This document shows, in pieces, positions 44,018 through 46,841 of a DNA stretch of 46,841 nucleotides. The notes beneath the pieces are model-generated. The model saw only the letters and a list, made by a program, of their open reading frames with translations. It had not been told where the DNA came from and did no database searches. Made by a program: the position numbers and the translations under genes. Position 1 is the first letter of the stretch; every line of letters starts with the position of its first letter. The DNA lies in contig JAWLHB010000004.1 in assembly GCA_041690595.1 (NCBI GenBank), positions 248,001 to 294,841 on the forward strand. Reading direction: 5' to 3'. Origin of the DNA: Lentisphaeria bacterium (GTDB lineage Bacteria; Verrucomicrobiota; Lentisphaeria; JABSQK01; JAWLHB01).

Positions 44018-45370
44018 TTAGAATGCGTGATCGCGCAGGAGCTGTTCGATGAAACCGGTATCGTACTCACCGCGCAGGAAGTCGTTGCGATTGAGGATGA
44101 ACTGCTGAAAGGGGATGGTGGTCTTGATGCCATCGACGATGAACTCGCCGAGGGCGCGTTTGGTGCGGGCAATGCACTCCTCGCGGTCACGGCCATGGCA
44201 AATGAGCTTGCCGACCATGCTGTCATAGTTGGGCGGGATGCGATAGCCGGTGTAGACGTGGCAGTCAATGCGAACGCCAGGGCCACCGGCAGGCTGGAAG
44301 AAGTTGACGGTGCCTGGGGAGGGTGCGAAATCGCGGGCGGGGTCTTCCGCATTGATGCGGCACTCGATGGCGTGGCCCGTGAAGGTGACGTCTTTCTGTG
44401 AGAAGGAGAGTTTCTCGCCATAGGCGATCTTGATCTGCTCCTTGATGAGATCGACGCCAGTGATCTCTTCAGTGACGGGATGCTCGACCTGAATGCGGGT
44501 GTTCATCTCCATGAAGTAGAAGTTGTTGTCGGGGGTGAGGATGAACTCGACGGTGCCGGCGTTGGCATAGTTGCAGGCGAGGGCGGCTTTGATGGCGGCA
44601 TCGCCCATGCGCTTGCGGAGGCGATCGGTGAGGGCGGGTGAGGGGGCCTCCTCGATGAGCTTCTGGCGGCGGCGCTGTAGGCTGCAGTCGCGTTCGCCGA
44701 GATGCACGACGTTGCCATGTTCATCAGCGAGTATCTGGACCTCGATGTGGCGCATGCGGGTGATGAATTTTTCCATGTAGATGTCGGCGTTGCCGAAGGC
44801 GCTTTCCGCTTCGCGGCGGCAGGCGTGAAAGCCCTGGACGAGGCTGGCGTCGTTGTGGACAACGCGTATGCCGCGACCGCCGCCGCCGGCGGAGGCCTTG
44901 AGGATGACGGGATAGCCGAGCTTGTGGGCGAGCTTGAGGGCGGCGCCTTCGTCTTCGATGACGCCGTCGGAGCCGGGGGTGATGGGGACGCCGGCATCGC
45001 GCATGGTTTCTCGGGCGGTGGACTTGTCGCCCATCTTGCGGATGGATGCGGCGCTTGGCCCGATGAACTTGACGTTGCAGCTCTGGCAGATGTCGGCGAA
45101 GTGTGAGTTTTCAGCGAGGAAGCCATATCCGGGATGGATAGCGTCGACATCGCAGACTTCAGCGGCGCTGAGGATGCGGTCGATGCGCAGATAGCTGGCG
45201 CTGCTGGGGGCGGGGCCAATGCAGACATGTTCGTCGGCGAGCTGCACGGGGAGGGTATCTTCATCAGCCTGCGAATAGACGACGACGGTGCTGATGTTGA
45301 GTTCCTTGCAGGCGCGAATGATGCGCAGGGCGATTTCGCCTCGGTTGGCAATAAGGATCTTATTGAACAT
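44018..45370 (-). CDS. accC: Acetyl-CoA carboxylase, biotin carboxylase
   Basis: [49 protein letters not shown]. Confidence 0.98.
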   Translation of the reverse strand: MFNKILIANRGEIALRIIRACKELNISTVVVYSQADEDTLPVQLADEHVCIGPAPSSASYLRIDRILSAAEVCDVDAIHPGYGFLAENSHFADICQSCNVKFIGPSAASIRKMGDKSTARETMRDAGVPITPGSDGVIEDEGAALKLAHKLGYPVILKASAGGGGRGIRVVHNDASLVQGFHACRREAESAFGNADIYMEKFITRMRHIEVQILADEHGNVVHLGERDCSLQRRRQKLIEEAPSPALTDRLRKRMGDAAIKAALACNYANAGTVEFILTPDNNFYFMEMNTRIQVEHPVTEEITGVDLIKEQIKIAYGEKLSFSQKDVTFTGHAIECRINAEDPARDFAPSPGTVNFFQPAGGPGVRIDCHVYTGYRIPPNYDSMVGKLICHGRDREECIARTKRALGEFIVDGIKTTIPFQQFILNRNDFLRGEYDTGFIEQLLRDHAF

Positions 45371-45460
45371 GGGGCTTCCTTGGCTGACGGTGACGGCCGC
45401 TCGATGGTGCACGGAGGAGAGGTGGAGGCGGCCGGCACTCGCAAGCGTTTGCGCTATGGC

Positions 45461-45937
45461 TCAGCGCGGTTCGATGTAGAAGAGGGGCTGACCGAATTCC
45501 ACGGGCTGGGCATTCTCGACAAGTACCTTGCGGATGATGCCGCGGGTTTCGGCCTTGATTTCATTGAGGACCTTCATGGCTTCGATGATACAGACAACGG
45601 TCTCTTCACTGACTTCGTCGCCGGGCTTAACATACGGGGGGGCATCGGGGGACGGGGCAGAATAGAAGGTGCCGACCAGGGGCGATTCGATGGGCTTGAG
45701 ACCGTGGTTTGGATCGACGTCGGCGGCTGGCGCGGCGGCCAGGGGAGCTGCAGGCGTGGCCTGAAGCGGCTGCGGCATCATCTGCTGCATGGCCGGGATC
45801 ATCTGCACTTCCTGACGGACTTCCTTCTGGCGTTCGCGCTTGATGGTGAGGGCGAGTTCTTCACTTTTGATATCGATCTCGGTAAGATCGTGCTTGGACA
45901 TCAGTTCCACGATGCGTGTAATCTGGGTCAGATCCAT
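45461..45937 (-). CDS. accB: Acetyl-CoA carboxylase, biotin carboxyl carrier protein
   Basis: SPLVGTFY, biotinylation motif EAMK, VEFGQPLF. Confidence 0.98.
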   Translation of the reverse strand: MDLTQITRIVELMSKHDLTEIDIKSEELALTIKRERQKEVRQEVQMIPAMQQMMPQPLQATPAAPLAAAPAADVDPNHGLKPIESPLVGTFYSAPSPDAPPYVKPGDEVSEETVVCIIEAMKVLNEIKAETRGIIRKVLVENAQPVEFGQPLFYIEPR

Positions 45938-45958
45938 GTCCTACTCCTTCGCGTGCGG

Positions 45959-46429
45959 CTATGATTGAGCGGGGGTGGCGGTTGTGGAAGCGTCCCGCTG
46001 CTGGAGAATCCGATGCAGCGCGCGCAGAGCCCATTCGTAACCATCGGTTCCCAGTCCGGTGATCTGCCCGAGGCAGACCGGCGCGGTCAGGGAGCGATGG
46101 CGAAACTCTTCCCGCCGATAAACATTGCTGATATGAACTTCAATGGTTGGCAGATTGGCGGCGGCAATGGCATCCCGTATCGCTACACTGGTGTGGGTGT
46201 AGGCGGCGGGATTGATAACGATGCCGGCTGCCAGTTGGCGTGCCGAGCCGATCCAATCGACCAATTCTCCCTCATGATTCGACTGTCTGAAATCGATAAC
46301 GAGACCAAACTCGCGAGCGACTTCCTGCAGATGCGCCTCGATATCGCGCAGGGTCAGGGAACCGTAGACGTCGGGTTCCCGATTTCCGAGCAACTGCAGG
46401 TTTGGCCCGTTGAGTACAAGAATCGTCAT
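45959..46429 (-). CDS. aroQ: Type II 3-dehydroquinate dehydratase
   Basis: [38 protein letters not shown]...REEFR. Confidence 0.97.
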   Translation of the reverse strand: MTILVLNGPNLQLLGNREPDVYGSLTLRDIEAHLQEVAREFGLVIDFRQSNHEGELVDWIGSARQLAAGIVINPAAYTHTSVAIRDAIAAANLPTIEVHISNVYRREEFRHRSLTAPVCLGQITGLGTDGYEWALRALHRILQQRDASTTATPAQS

Positions 46430-46487
46430 GCAGTCTGCGCTTTCCGTCTGCCGGTTGTGGGTATGGGGGTAGCCGAATAATGGCAAT

Positions 46488-46515
46488 AGTATATCACGGG
46501 GCGTCGCCAAAACAA
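46488..46515 (-). promoter_or_regulatory. Putative sigma70 promoter of the aroQ-acc operon
   Basis: Minus strand TTGTTT (46515-46510), 16 nt, TATACT (46493-46488), preceded by TGA (extended -10). Confidence 0.65.
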
Positions 46516-46609
46516 CCGTCTCGTTGTCAAATGCAGCGGTGAGGTGGCGCGGGCCGCTTCCGCGGATGCTGGAAATGTAGTTCTTGTGTTGGGCCCGGGC
46601 GGTCGGGGC

Positions 46610-46742
46610 CGCGGAGACGCGGGGACGCAGCAAATTAACCGCAAAGAGCGCAAGGAGCGCAAAGAGGGAGAATGGTGGGGGATGATCGAATAGATTGTCT
46701 GACGGGTCTGACGAGGTCTGACGAGGTCTGACGGGTCTGACG
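46610..46742. repeat. Cluster of three short tandem arrays
   Basis: CGCGG(A/G)GA x2 plus a partial copy (46610-46630), CGCAA(A/G)GAG x3 (46640-46666), GTCTGACG(A)G x5 (46697-46742). Confidence 0.9.
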
Positions 46743-46841
46743 TGGCGTGTTAAAAATGGCATCAGAGGCGCCATAATAGATCACACGATTTCTTTTCAGT
46801 TTCGGCTTGAATATGAAAATATAGGCGTAATCTTAGCTATG

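Overview
GC-rich bacterial chromosome segment, most likely PVC superphylum (Lentisphaerota/Kiritimatiellota/Verrucomicrobiota-like; inferred from the RpoB 'DRRRRRRKF' segment, the N-terminally extended EF-G, the fusA-rpsJ junction without tuf, and OmcB homologues). Positions 1-21.1 kb are the core translation/transcription cluster: rpsA, tRNA-Thr, tuf, rpmG, tRNA-Trp, secE, nusG, rplKAJL, rpoBC, rpsLG, fusA, rpsJ, rplCDWB and rpsS. The S10 operon stops after rpsS at a strong terminator, and rplV/rpsC are absent. Positions 21.2-41 kb are accessory: a CocE/NonD hydrolase, a GT-C + GT2 fusion, a HAD hydrolase, an ABC-2 exporter, two tandem paralogues of the chlamydial envelope protein OmcB behind a long structured leader, two secreted TPR-like proteins sharing three copies of an unrecognised ~300-aa module, an orphan histidine kinase with a probable 5' frameshift or uORF, a DPM1-like GT2 and a TIM-barrel isomerase. 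A composite palindromic REP/MITE-like repeat patch follows, then an MDR oxidoreductase and a minus-strand aroQ-accB-accC-asp23-amaP-ykgJ operon. The strongest leads are the OmcB/TPR envelope locus, the GT-C/GT-A fusion, the split S10 operon, natural RpoB H526N and S12 K88P substitutions, and a recurring 16-bp promoter spacer. All calls come from reading the sequence and from recalled family motifs; no searches were run.
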